Part shown: positions 25,186 to 36,989 of the stretch, piece by piece
How the letters are laid out: the number at the start of each line of letters is the position of its first letter
Position numbering within the stretch: the first letter of the stretch is position 1
From: Centroscyllium fabricii
Taxonomy: Eukaryota
Assembly (NCBI GenBank): GCA_051313645.2
Contig: JBNRSN020000005.1
Location: 325,314,001 to 325,378,000 of the forward strand
Reading direction: 5' to 3'
Length of the DNA stretch: 64,000 bases
The notes under the pieces: generated by a model
Database searches by the model: none
What the model was told of the DNA's origin: nothing
The model's input: only the letters and a program-made list of their open reading frames with translations
Position numbers and translations under genes: made by a program

Positions 25186-25624
25186 GCTTCTGGTATATGC
25201 CTCAGTTGAGGAAGCGCTCAGTGATGGTGGTGAGAGGGGTTTCCCAGGAGGTCACACTGGCGATGGCTGTCAGGCTCCAAACTTCCACAGCTGTGGTCAT
25301 GCCTTCTAAAAGTTCTGCCAGACCTGAGACAACAAAGTCCTGCCACCTGCAAATGATGGCTGATCAAATCTCCTCTTTAATGGTTGACCTGCAGCTGATA
25401 GTCAGTAATTCAATAGTGCTCGTGGCAGGCATTCTGTTCATAGGAGAGTAGAAAAAGGCATCAAAGATTTTGTACTTACATTAAGATTTTTTCCAAGTGT
25501 GCAGGAACCAGAAAGCTAATTAAAAAAAAAAAAAATGTTTTTAATCCTCTCTCTGGATGCTTCTACCTTAGAGTGAGTGCTCCATCACTCTTCTGAAGGA
25601 AGCTATTACCCAAACTCTGACTTC

Positions 25625-26524
25625 GGGGGAACTTTTAGGAGGTCCCTGAGTGCGGGTTTCTGGCGGGTCAGTTTCTAAAATTCCAATCCGGCGGGCGGGA
25701 AGGCACCCCGCCGGATCCCCACCCATTTGGGATTTTCGTCGGGCGGGTTTGGCCGCCCCGCATGTTTCCCGCTCGCCGCCGGCGGGGATACAGATTGAGG
25801 TCATTGAGGGCCCTTAATTGGATGGCTAATCCTATTTCAAGGGCCCTCAGCTATTTTAGCCCTCTTCCCACCCAAAACCCGCCTGGTGAAAACCCCGCCG
25901 TGAAAAAGGTGGTGGGAACCAGGTGGCTGGGTGTCTACCACCTTCAAGGCATGGGCACAGCACCCATACAGCAGCTTGCTAGCCTCCACCATGCTGGAGG
26001 TGCAGCTGCCACCCAAGGGTGAGAAACTTCAGAGCCCAAAACCCTGAAATCATTCATCTTCAAATCGCTCCTATTCAACAGAGATCGTGCTGCTGCGCTG
26101 TCTGTGAGCCCAGCTGTCAATCACCCAGGGGATCAGTTTCTGTTTACATTCCATTGAAACCACAAACAAACAGTGACTCACTTCAACTGTTTGTTTTGTG
26201 GTTTCAAGTGGTCCTTTCATAGTCTGACTCACAGAGGCTATGTAAACATAGAAACAAAGGCAACACTTCAGATCTGTCAATCAAGCTGAGTGAGTTCTTA
26301 CTACTCAGGCCTATCAATCAACAGCCCGCCCAACTCAAACTGTGAATGTAAAGGGCTATGTTCCCGCCCATTAGTGTACATTGGAAGCCCGACAGTCTGG
26401 TGGAGATTTAATTGGCCACTTGAGCCAAAATCGCTCAGGCCTCCCAGGTCCTTGGGCAGGTGGGGCAGAAAACTGACCCGGCCAAAACCCACCAGCTTCC
26501 CACAGCTTTTTTAAAATTGCCCCC
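25625..26524. mobile_element. Harbinger-like non-autonomous element
   Basis: GGGGGAACTTTT...AAAATTGCCCCC with 3-bp TSD TTC. Interior related to 10568-11717 and 41972-42893. Confidence 0.75.
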
Positions 26525-27673
26525 TTCATGCCCAGCGGTCCGTTTTACCATGGACAACTATCGCAGTCACTCACATTTCATTTTCCAACATTCACTCTAG
26601 GTGTGCCCTTTTCTCATTCCCCGTTTTCACGTTGCTTCTTCTATCACTTCCCCAAATCAACAGAGCATCGTTGCCAAGGTAATCCAGTCATAAAGTGTAC
26701 GCAATTTGTCAAAGACCTTATAAGCCAGAAGATCTGCCTTCGTTGATAATATCTGGTTGATCTACAGGCACAAGTCACGAAATTGAGAGAAAACGTAGAA
26801 GAAAATAACCATTCAACGAGAATGAAGTCTATCTAAGCATGAGCTTAACGCAAAGAGCAATGGCTGACTTCATTGCAGCATAATAAGATTAGAATTTCTT
26901 AGTGACACGGCTGAAAAAGATTAGGGTGCATTCAAGAGAAGATGGGATTTTTTTTTCTAACAGTTTTGCTGCAGAAAGACAGCTTATTACAGTGAAATAA
27001 ATGTCCCTCTATAACTGCTAAGTTTCATAATCTCGCACTACAAAACATTGCTGATAGATTCCAACATTCGAACTGATGATTCCCTTTAGAACGATGGATC
27101 ATGTTGAAAAGTGTTCCAATCTGCTGCATTTGGCTCAAAGGAGACTGTGAATAAGGACATGTTCCAAGATTCCAGATGGTGCTCCTACTCTATACTTGAA
27201 TATTCAGCATTTCAAAAGTACAGGGAAATAATGCAATGTTAAATGCAAAGCTGGGTTATAAAGCGGAGGAAACATAAGAAATAGGATCAGGAGTCGGCCA
27301 TACAGCTTCTCGAGCCTGCTCCGCCATTCAATAAGATCATAGCTGATCTTCTAACTCAACTTCACTTTCCCGCCCTATCCCCATATCCCTTGATTCCTTC
27401 AGTGTTCAAAATTCTGTTGATCACAGTCTTGAACATACTCAACGACTGAGCATCCAAAGCCCTCTGGGGTAGACAATTTCAAAGATTCCAAAGAATATGG
27501 CATCTCCTGCAAGTCCACAGAGTATGTGCTTACCCCCATCCCCGCCCAACATGTTGGTTGTAATTTGAAAATGTTAGAGAAAACGTTCAAACCTGCAAAG
27601 ATGCTTATCAATTGTCTCAGAGGAACTCTGTGAACCTCAACAGCTAATTTTAAGATTGTCAATGTTGCAACAC

Positions 27674-28345
27674 GGGCCCAGAAATTCCGGTCCCAACATG
27701 TGAGTACGCGCTGGGTACTCACCCGTAGGCCCATCTGAAGTGTCGGTTTCGTGCATGCACAGGTCATGCGCGCGAAACCGGCACTTCCGATCCCCTGACA
27801 GAAGGGGTCAGGGGGCGGAACGCGTGCGCAGCAGCACGTGCGCACTGCACTTCCCATTTTTTTTTTTACAGTTCTGTGTGCGGGTAAGTATGGAAAAAGA
27901 TACGGCTGCTTTTTTCATGTGCAAAGACTGGTTTTCAGAAGGTAAGTGGTGAATTAATTCAATTTAAAACATATTTTCCACAGGTTTATTTTTAATTTTT
28001 AAGTACTTTAAAGAAAGGTAAGTTAATTTTTAGCTCCGTCAAAAAAATTATTTGAAGATTTTCTGAAGTTTTGGGGCTCTAGTATTCATAAGTTTGACAG
28101 GTCTTCCTGTCAAACTTATGAATGGAGCATTCTGTGCTCCGATTGGCTTTCCACGGCCCACGTGATCCCACGCGATATCTCGCACTATCTTCGCCACTGG
28201 GATCCAGGAGCGCGGCGCGCAGGCAGTTCAGGAAGGCCCTGCATCCGAATTCCATGCGGGGCCACAGCTCAACGGCCGGCACGCTAGGTAAGTGCAAGTT
28301 GGAGGCTTACACTCGCAGGAAGCCTCCAACCGGAATTTCTGGCCC
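27674..28345. mobile_element. Harbinger-like non-autonomous element
   Basis: GGGCCCAGAAATTCCGG...CCGGAATTTCTGGCCC. Confidence 0.8.
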
Positions 28346-29025
28346 ATGGGGTGGTGTCAATGTTGCAACATGGGGTGGTTTGGTGGTGAGATAGAGCGGA
28401 GATGAACCAGAGCAAGGGAAATGGATTGTGAGAGAAAGTCAAAGAGAGATAGTGAAAGGAGGAAATAGAAAGTGAGATAACAAACCCAAAAGATGGAACG
28501 AGAAAGGGAAAAATGAGGGGAAAAAAGACACGAGAGAGAAGGATAAAGAAAAAAAAGACAAAATGTAAGGCGGAGTAGAAACATTGAGTAAAACGGAAGA
28601 AAGAAAGAGGGAAACAAATACAGTCCTCACCACTTATACCAACCACGCTATGGTGGGCAACCATTTATACTGTGCAATTTCCCATAACCATTTGCCAACA
28701 CCCTAGAAGCCAATCGCAAAGGTGCCCTTCACAACGCAATGACCATACCAGCTATTTCGGGCATTCAATAAGCTCTTCGCACTTCGTGATAGTGCGATTA
28801 CCTTAAATATTTAAACCTCTCAATTTACCACATTACAAGCTTCGCTGATTTCACGAAAATTGAAGTGTTTACTAAATGTCTCTCAGCTTGTGCTGCTAAC
28901 TGTTCACCTATTGTGTAGAAGCTGCAGGAGACCCAGTACTGCAGTTTAGTCAGATTGTATTGGAAGCCTAGTGAAATAGTGACTGAGAGATGGGATTTAC
29001 TCATTGTAGGACATCCAGTTTTATA

Positions 29026-30528
29026 GGCCCAGAACTTGCAGTGAAACAAAAACAGCGGGTTTAATGTGCTCACCGTTACTGGCGTGTAAAAACCCCCAGT
29101 AAATTGTGGTGCGGAAGAGGTAGGCTGTGAGTTGCGAATCGTCACAAGTTGCTGGTCAATTTGCACCGCTCCACCGTTTACCTCACAAAAAATGGATCTC
29201 GCCACCAATCTCCCCGTGAGTTCCAGGAAATTGCTGAATGTGTGCCGTAAATATGAACTGTACTCATTGCAGAAAGTGTTTGCTGGTACTTAATCACGCG
29301 AGGAGCCTACAATACCACTCAATCTCTGGCCCAGGAAGGAAACAATTGAAACTGCGAAGTCTCATTCCTGCAGGTAGTAAATAGTTCCCAGAGGTTTTTA
29401 AAATTTAAACTTTTCATTTTTTTTCTTACTTTCCTTTCTGTCTCTTTTTTCTCTCTCTCTTAATCTAATCTATCTTTCACTCTCTCTATTTGTCTTTCTG
29501 TATCTAATTTGACTATAATTCACCCTATTTCCTTTTCTGTCGTTCCTCTGTTTCTTTCTCCATACGTAAATTTCATTGGTTAAGGAGATAGGGCTAGAAA
29601 TTCGGTGGCGCACGTTTTCTGGCGCTACCTTCGGCGGTGCGCTACTTTTAGCGCCTGCCTAACGCTGGCGCCGTTAGCACTGAAATTCGGTTGTAGCGCC
29701 CATAGTAGGAGGTCAGGCACTAACGCAGGCGCCCGACCTCGTTCTTCAGGCGCTGCAGCCGAAGTTCCGGGCGCTGGGGGTCGCTGCGACGCGCAGCACT
29801 GCAGGCCTTCTTCCCCGATTACACAGGAGGGGCCTAGCGTGGTTGCGGCCGGAGCCCTGCGGGGCCGCCATGATGCCAAAGGAGCCCAGCACTCGAGGGA
29901 AGTGCCGGGCTCAGTGAGTTGAGGTAGGGCACTGCGGGGTGTGGGGGGGGGGGGTGGGGGGGGCAGTGGGGGAGGCCGAGGGTGGCAGAGGGGGAAGGTG
30001 CTGGCAGTCGACCAGCAACAATAATGGCCGCTCGGCACCCTCCCCTTTAAGCAGCGCTCCCCCGCTGCAGTTATGGCAGGAAAAAGCTGTCGCGGGCAGC
30101 ACCCGCCGAAAACTCAGCGCGCTACTCAATTTCAGTCGCAGGCGCCAGCGTGGTGCTGCGCGCACTTATGACGTCATTTCCGGCGGCGAGCAGTGTGTAA
30201 TATTCAGTGGGGCGCTACCGGTTGCCGCCCACCTTCGCGCCCCACTGAATATCGCGGGAGGCGGCAGCGCAGGCACTAAGTGCCTTGCGCCCCATTAGCG
30301 TCCTTTGTGGGTGCTAACGGCAGGCACAAGCCACCGAATTTCTAGGCGATAGACTTTTGGTACTGTCATTCACCAAGGTCCCAGATGTCCCGTTGCCCTC
30401 ATCCTCATGATCTGCTCGCTCTTCCAGTAATTATTACCGCGGAAATTATATTTGAGCTGAAGGGAGCAGGAAAAAGTCTAACTAATGGCGCACGCCACGA
30501 GATGTCTCGTTCCAACAAGATTTGGCCC
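29026..30528. mobile_element. Harbinger-like element with a nested second element (29591-30348)
   Basis: Outer ends GGCCCAGAACTTG...CAAGATTTGGCCC. Inner ends GGGCTAGAAATTCGGTGGC...GCCACCGAATTTCTAGGCG with ATA TSD. Confidence 0.7.
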
Positions 30529-31258
30529 AATGTCTTTATTCTGCACTCCTTGTTTTTATCGTCCACCACTTATAGCGAGCAAAGTGCGTTAACACCTACA
30601 CACTCCACCCACTTTTAGTGGTGGGGACGGTATACAGAAAGATAGAGTGAATTCCAGACAGCAGAAAAGTAAAGTACATGAGATGAAAACAGATGGTAAA
30701 AGAAGCAAGGGAGAAACAAGTGGATAAAGAAGAAGAGAAAGCAAAAAGAAAAGGGGGGAATACAAAGAGAAAAACAAGGTGAGAAAAAAGGGCAAAACAG
30801 GACGGGAAATGGGGGGGGGGGATCAAAGAGAGAAACGAGAAGAGAAAAAAACAGAAAAGCAAGGAAGGAACAAAGAGATACAATGGGAGAAATAAAAGAG
30901 AAAAAACAAAGAAAATGGCAAAAAGTAAAAAAAGAAATAAAAAATTTTGTCAGCATTGTGGGATCAAAATATCCTCAGCTTGTTTCCATTGCTTTTGTGC
31001 CACATTCCCACTCTGGAATGAGTCATGGGTTAAACAACGTTTATAGATTCCATGTTCTGCCATCAATTTGTCAATCCCAGGTCAGATTGGAATATTTAAA
31101 ATCAATCAGCCAGCGTCCTTTGTTGTGGAACCACTTTATAAGTCGAGCTGGGAGTGAACAAATTGCTGCAGTATAACCAAAAGGCTCTTAAAATGAGACG
31201 ATGGAGATTAAAGGATTACTTCAACTTCCAGTGAGATTGTGTACTGTTGCTAATGAGC

Positions 31259-32090
31259 TCATAGAAACATAGAAGATAGGAGCAGGAGTCGGCCATTCGG
31301 CCCCTCGAGCCTGCTCCGCCATTCAATGCGATCATGGCTGATCATCCAAACGCAGTACCCTGTCCCTGCCTTCTCCCCATATCCCTAGATCCCTTTAACC
31401 TGAAGAAATATATCTAACTCCTTCTTGAATATATTTAATGAATTGGCCTCTACTGCCTTCTGTGGTAGAGAATTCCACAGGTTTACCACTCTCTGGGTGA
31501 AGAAATTCCTCTTCATCTCTGTCCTAAATGGCTTACCCCTTATCCTTAGACTGTGACCCCTGGTTCTGGACTCCCCCGCCATCGGGAACATCCTTCCTGC
31601 ATCTAGTCTGTCCAGTCCTGTTCGAATTTTATGTTTCACTAAGATCCCCTCTCATTCTTCTAAACTCCAACGAGTACAAGCCCAATCGACCCAATCTCTC
31701 CTCATACGTCATTCCTGCCATCCCAGGTACCAGCCTGGTGAATCTTCTCTGAACTCCTTCCATGGCAAGAACATCCTTCCTCAGATAAGGTGACCAAAAC
31801 TGCACACAATACTCAAGGTGTGGTCTCACCAAGGCCCTGTACAACTGCAGCAAGACATCCTTGTTCCTGTACTCGAATCCTCTCGCTGCAAAGGCCAACA
31901 TACCATTTGCCTTCTTGACCGCCTGCTGCACCTGCATGCTTACCTTCAGCGACTGGTGCACAAGAACACCCAGGTCTCATTGCACTTCCCCTTCTCCCAA
32001 TCTATTGCCATTAAGATAATAATCTGCCTTCTTGTTTTTGACACCAAAGTGGATAAGCTCGCATTTATCCATGTTATATTGCATCCGCCA
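31259..32090 (-). mobile_element. CR1 (HER1-like) LINE 3' fragment
   Basis: [24 protein letters not shown]...; its 3' tail matches the V-SINE tail. Confidence 0.9.
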
Positions 32091-32282
32091 TGCTTGGGAA
32101 CACCACCACCTGCAAGTTCCCCTCCAAGTCACACACCATCCTGACTTGGAAATATATCACCATTCCATCATCCTCGCTGGGTCAAAATCCTGCAACGCCC
32201 TCCCTAACAGCACTGTTGGGAGTACCTTCACCACACGGACTGTGGCGGTGCAAGCAGGCCGCTCACCACCACCTTCTGACCC

Positions 32283-32666
32283 GGGCGGCACGGTGGCACA
32301 GTGGTTAGCACTGTTGTCTCACAGCTCTGGAGACCCGGGTTCAAATCCAGCCTCGGGTGACTATCTGTGTGGAGTTTGCACATTCTCCCCGTGTCTGCGT
32401 GGGTTTCCTCCGGGTGCTCCGGTTTCCTCCCACAGTCCAAAGATGTGCGGGTTAGGTTGATTGGCCAGGATAAACTGACCCTTAGTGTTAGGGGGATTGA
32501 ATATGTGGGGTTACGGGGATAGGGTGGGATATGTGTCGATGCAGGCTCGATAGGGGCGGGGTACTGGGTTTTGGATGATTGGCCATGATCTCATTGAATG
32601 GCGGAGCAGGCTCGAAGGGCCGAATGGCCTACTCCTGCTTCTAGTTTTCTATGTTTCTATGTTTCT
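32283..32666 (+). mobile_element. HE1-type V-SINE inside a LINE-B tail
   Basis: Full head, V-domain and tail. The flanks join to form the LINE-B 3' UTR. Confidence 0.9.
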
Positions 32667-33344
32667 CGAGGGCAATTAGGGATGGACAACAAATGCTGAC
32701 CTTGCCGGAGATGCCCACATCCTGAGGATGAAACAATTAGCAGAATACCCGTACCACCACCACCATACATTTCAAATTGTTATGGACTACCCACCACCCA
32801 CTGTTGGCACAGCTCAACTGAAGTACAAAAATCAAATCAAAAACTGTTTGTGCAGGTGGATGCACAAAATAATTTGGAGGGTTAAATTCTCCTTCTCCCT
32901 GCATCCTCAATGAGGTGAAATCGAGTCTGATCACACAGTCTCCTACTCGAATTCTTTCTTTTACAAAACCTCAATATTCCTCATCACCCTCAATCTTCTT
33001 TTCCTTCTACAATATACCCGCTTTGTTCCATCTAACCATTACTTCTTGCTTCACTTGGCCTTGTCACCCACCCCTTTTTCAAGCTTGACAGTGTCCTGCA
33101 TAATAGGTGCACTCATGTTGCAAGCCAGGATTTCATTCTGCTCAGTGTTCAGGGTAATCAAATTAAATCAACTGGCCTTGCATCCTGCAACTACCATCTC
33201 CCCAGTTCACTTACGTAATACTTTGCTGCGGAGTCAATCTCGCCACCATGCCCTTTCCTCCAAACCTCCACTCACTGCAACCCTGCATTTACCCAGTCTC
33301 TTTCCTTTCTCCCCCAGTTACCCTTCATCCCCCTCCTTCCTTGC

Positions 33345-33682
33345 ACAGGAAACTCTTTGGTATCCGGCACCGACGGGACCAGGATGGTGCCGGTTGATTA
33401 AAAGTTCCGGATAATGAAGAAGGGACGTGGAGTGACAACGGCCCAAGGTACGAGTGCCCCGTTATACAGCCAGAATTGCTGGAGCCCTGTTACCCAGGTA
33501 CAGGGGACCCGGTTACACAACCAGAGGTGCAGGAGCCATGGTTACACGGCAAAAGGTACGAGATCGACAGTTACACAGCCACAAATATAGAGTATATGGA
33601 AGCCTCAAACCTGCTCCTGAACTTTGCCGGTTAATAGAGAATTCCGGATAATTAGGTGCCGTTTAAATAAGAGTTTCCTTGT
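33345..33682. mobile_element. Degenerate pogo/Tigger-like MITE
   Basis: CAGGAAACTCTT...AAGAGTTTCCTTG inverted ends, with CCGG subterminal motifs as in the other MITEs. Confidence 0.55.
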
Positions 33683-33817
33683 ACCACAATTCTGCTCAGT
33701 TTCTTCTCTCTCTCTCCAGTCAAGGCCTACCGAGTATCCTTCCTCTCCCTTTCCCACTGTGATCTGAGGAACATTAGGAACAGGAGTGGCCCATTCAGCA
33801 CCATTCAATGAGATTGT

Positions 33818-34874
33818 TGCAAGAAGTCACACAACACCAGGTTATAGTCCAACAGTTTTATTTTAAATCACAAGCTTTCGGAGCTTCTGCCCCTTCGTCA
33901 AGTAAAAGAGAGACTGACTTAAAGAACGCACATATGGGAGGAAGAGAGAAATCTGATCTCCCACATCTCACCTTAGCAGAGACAGACAGAGCACACAAAG
34001 GCGTATTAACATATTTTAACACATCAGTCTGAGATCAATGAGGCACAGTCGCAAGGGGTCAAATCCTGCAAAACACACAGAATGATTTTAAAAAAAAAGG
34101 AATTTCCTTACAAGACAAAGATGTCCCTAGTCTGGATGACTCTACGTCAGGCAGGGTCACATGTAGCGTGACATGAAGCCAATATCACGGTTGAGACCGT
34201 CCTCATGGGTGCGGAATTTGGCTATCAGCCTCTGCTCGACGATTTTGCGTTGTTGTGTGTCTCGAAGGCCGCCTTGGAGAATGCTTACCCGAAGATCGGA
34301 GGCTGAATGTCCTTCACTGCTGAAATGTTCCCCGACTGGGAGGGAACATTCCTGCCTGGCAATTGTTGTGCGGTGTCCGTTCATCCGTTGTTGAAGTGTC
34401 TGCGTGGTCTCGCCGATGTACCATGCCCCGGGGCATCCTTTCCTGCAACGTATGAGGTCTCAACCATGATATTGGCTTCATGTCACGCTACATGTGACCC
34501 TGCCTGACGTAGAGTCATCCAGACTAGGGACATCTTTGTGTTGTAAGGAAATTCCGTTTAAAAAAAATTCATTCTGTGTGTTTTGCAGCATTTGACCCCT
34601 TGCGACTGTGCCTCATTGCTCTCAGACTGATGTGTTAAAGTATGTTAATACGCCTTTGTGTGCTCTGTCTATCTCTGCTAAGGTGAGATGTGGGAGAGAT
34701 CGGATTTCTCTCCTCCTCCCATATGTGCGTTCTTTAAGTCAGTCTCTCTTTCACCTGACGAAGGGGCAGAAGCTCCAAAAGCTTGTGATTTAAAATAAAA
34801 CTGTTGGACTATAATCTGGTGTTGTGTGACTTCTTGCAATTGTCCACCCCAGTCCCAACACCGGCACCTCCACA
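33818..34874 (-). mobile_element. Penelope-like element remnant with inverted pLTRs and GIY-YIG C-terminus
   Basis: ORF 34157-34384(-) NGHR...PVGEHFS...E..LIAKFRT...GLN. About 370-bp inverted arms, 13-bp TSD TCAATGAGATTGT, and hammerhead motifs at 33868-33905(-) and 34751-34788(+). Confidence 0.88.
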
Positions 34875-34941
34875 TCAATGAGATTGTGGCTGATCTTTAC
34901 CATAACCCCATTTATCCGCCTTGGCTCCATATCCCTTAATA

Positions 34942-35343
34942 ACACGGTGGCACAGTGGTTAGCTCTGTTGCCTCACAGCTCTGGAGACCCGGGTTCAAAT
35001 CCAGCCTCGGGTACTATCTGTGTGGAGTTTGCACATTCTCCCCGTGTCTGCGTGGGTTTCCTCCGGGTGCTCCGGTTTCCTCCCACAGTCCAAAAATGTG
35101 CGGGTTAGGTTGATTGGCCATGATAAATTGACCCTTAGTGTTAGGGGGGTTGAATATGTGGGGTTACGGGGATAGGGTGGGATGTGTGTCGGTGCAGGCG
35201 CGATAGGGATATGGGGGAAGGGTAGGAGGGTGGTGCTGGGTTTGGATGATCAGCCATGATCTCATTGAATGGCGGAGCAGGCTCGAAGGGCCGAATGGCC
35301 TACTCCTGCTCCTATGTTTCTATGTTTCTATGTTTCTATGTTT
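34942..35343 (+). mobile_element. HE1-type V-SINE
   Basis: Same family as 11947-12350. Confidence 0.9.
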
Positions 35344-35427
35344 AACAGTTATCGATCACAGTCCGAAAACCCCAACTGACCCAGCAACCACAGCTTTTTC
35401 AGGAAGAGAAGTTTGAGATTTCTGCTA

Positions 35428-35674
35428 GAGCTGTCTTCTGTCCTATTACCACCTCGTCTCGTTTTGAATAACTCTCATTGTCTCTTCTCGTCCCTTGGTT
35501 CTCTCACAGCCCTCCTCTATCCTTCTCGGCTCTCTCATCAGTCTCGACAAAGGGAACGACCCAAAACGTTGACTCTGTGTTTCTCTCCACCGATACTGCC
35601 TGAGCTGCTGAGTTTTTCCAGCATTTTCTGTTGTTGCTTTGGATTTCCAGCATCTGCAGTATTTCGTTATCGTC
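35428..35674 (+). mobile_element. Penelope pLTR fragment inside a CR1 3' piece
   Basis: 15-bp TSD TTGAGATTTCTGCTA and a degenerate hammerhead at about 35540-35575. Confidence 0.72.
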
Positions 35675-36164
35675 TTGAGATTTCTGCTACTCTTTGTGTG
35701 AAAAAGTGCTTCCTGATTTCGCTCCTGAACGGCCTAGCTCTAATTTTATGATCATGCCCCCTTGTTTTGGATTGCCCCGCCACAGGAAATAGTTTTTCAG
35801 TATCTACCCTGTCAGATTCTTTTAACCTTTTAAACACCTCGATCAGAACATCACTCAATCTTCTATACTTAAGGGAATACAAGTCAAGTTTATGCAACCT
35901 GTCTTTATAATGAACACACTGAACCCCAGAGTAATTCAGGGGAGTCTGCGCTGCACCCTTTCCAAGGCCAATATATCCTTCCAGGGGTGCGTCGCCCAAA
36001 ACGGAGCACAGTACTCCAGATAGAGTCTAACCAAAACAGTGCGATCCGGCACACCCCATCCTCACCTCTGATTATGACAATTTACGATCTCTCTGCTCAT
36101 CCATCTCTCATCATGACCCTGTTTTTTTTAAGTCTGCTCTCCAACCTCCCTCCATCCTGACCTT

Positions 36165-36650
36165 TTTTTTTTTTAAATTCGTTGATGGGATGTGGGCGTC
36201 GCTGGCTGGCTAGGCCTGCATTTAGTGCCCATCCCTAATTGCCCTTGAGAAGATGGTGGTGAGCCGCCTTCTTGAACCGCTGCAGTCCATATGGTGTCGG
36301 TACACCCACAATGTTGCGTTGCGGTTGTTTACAACTGAGTGGCTTGCTGGGCCATTTCAGAGGGCATTAAGAGTCAATCACATTGCTGTGGGTCTGGAGT
36401 CACATGTAGGCCAGACCAGGTAAGGACGGCAGATTTCCTTCCCTAAAGGACATTAGTGAACCAGATGGGTTTTTGCAACAATCGGCAATGGTTGACATTA
36501 CTAAGACTAACATTTAATACCAGAATTAAATTGAATTAATTTAAATTGCACCAGCTGCTGTGGTGGGATTTGAACCCATATCCTCAGAGCATTTGACTGA
36601 GCCTCTGGCTTACTAGTCTAGTGACATAACCACTATGCCACCGCCTCCCC
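36165..36650 (-). mobile_element. tRNA-derived SINE (family B)
   Basis: Reverse complement of 52195-52682. Confidence 0.85.
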
Positions 36651-36658
36651 TCACCTAC

Positions 36659-36904
36659 TGACGTATCGTGAATCAAACACGAAAGACGAGTAGTTACCCA
36701 AACTACAGGCTTTTATTCACTTACAATGGAGCTAGTCTCCTGTCGAGTTCAAGGCGAGAATGAGCGGGGGCAGGGCGGCCCTCACCTATCTGCTCCCACC
36801 TGAGGGGAGGAGTTAGAGGTGTGGCTGACCTGGCCTTGCAAACAATGTACAGAGTTGAAGGTGAGCACATCCATATATATACACTGGTAATTACGGTTAC
36901 CACA
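36659..36904 (-). mobile_element. Solo LTR
   Basis: TG...CA ends, 5-bp TSD CCTAC and minus-strand AATAAA. Begins TGTGGTAA, like 22386-22605. Confidence 0.8.
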
Positions 36905-36989
36905 CCTACTATGATCTCCTTTCCACTGTATTTCCTATTAACTCCTCTTGAGGACCCAACCGTCGCAAAAGCCAGTCTTCAGCCAAAAC

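Noticed and set aside
30630-30945. Hydrophobic ORFs suggesting membrane proteins (also 28284-28664)
   Set aside because: A/G-rich low-complexity tracts that translate to F/L/S runs.
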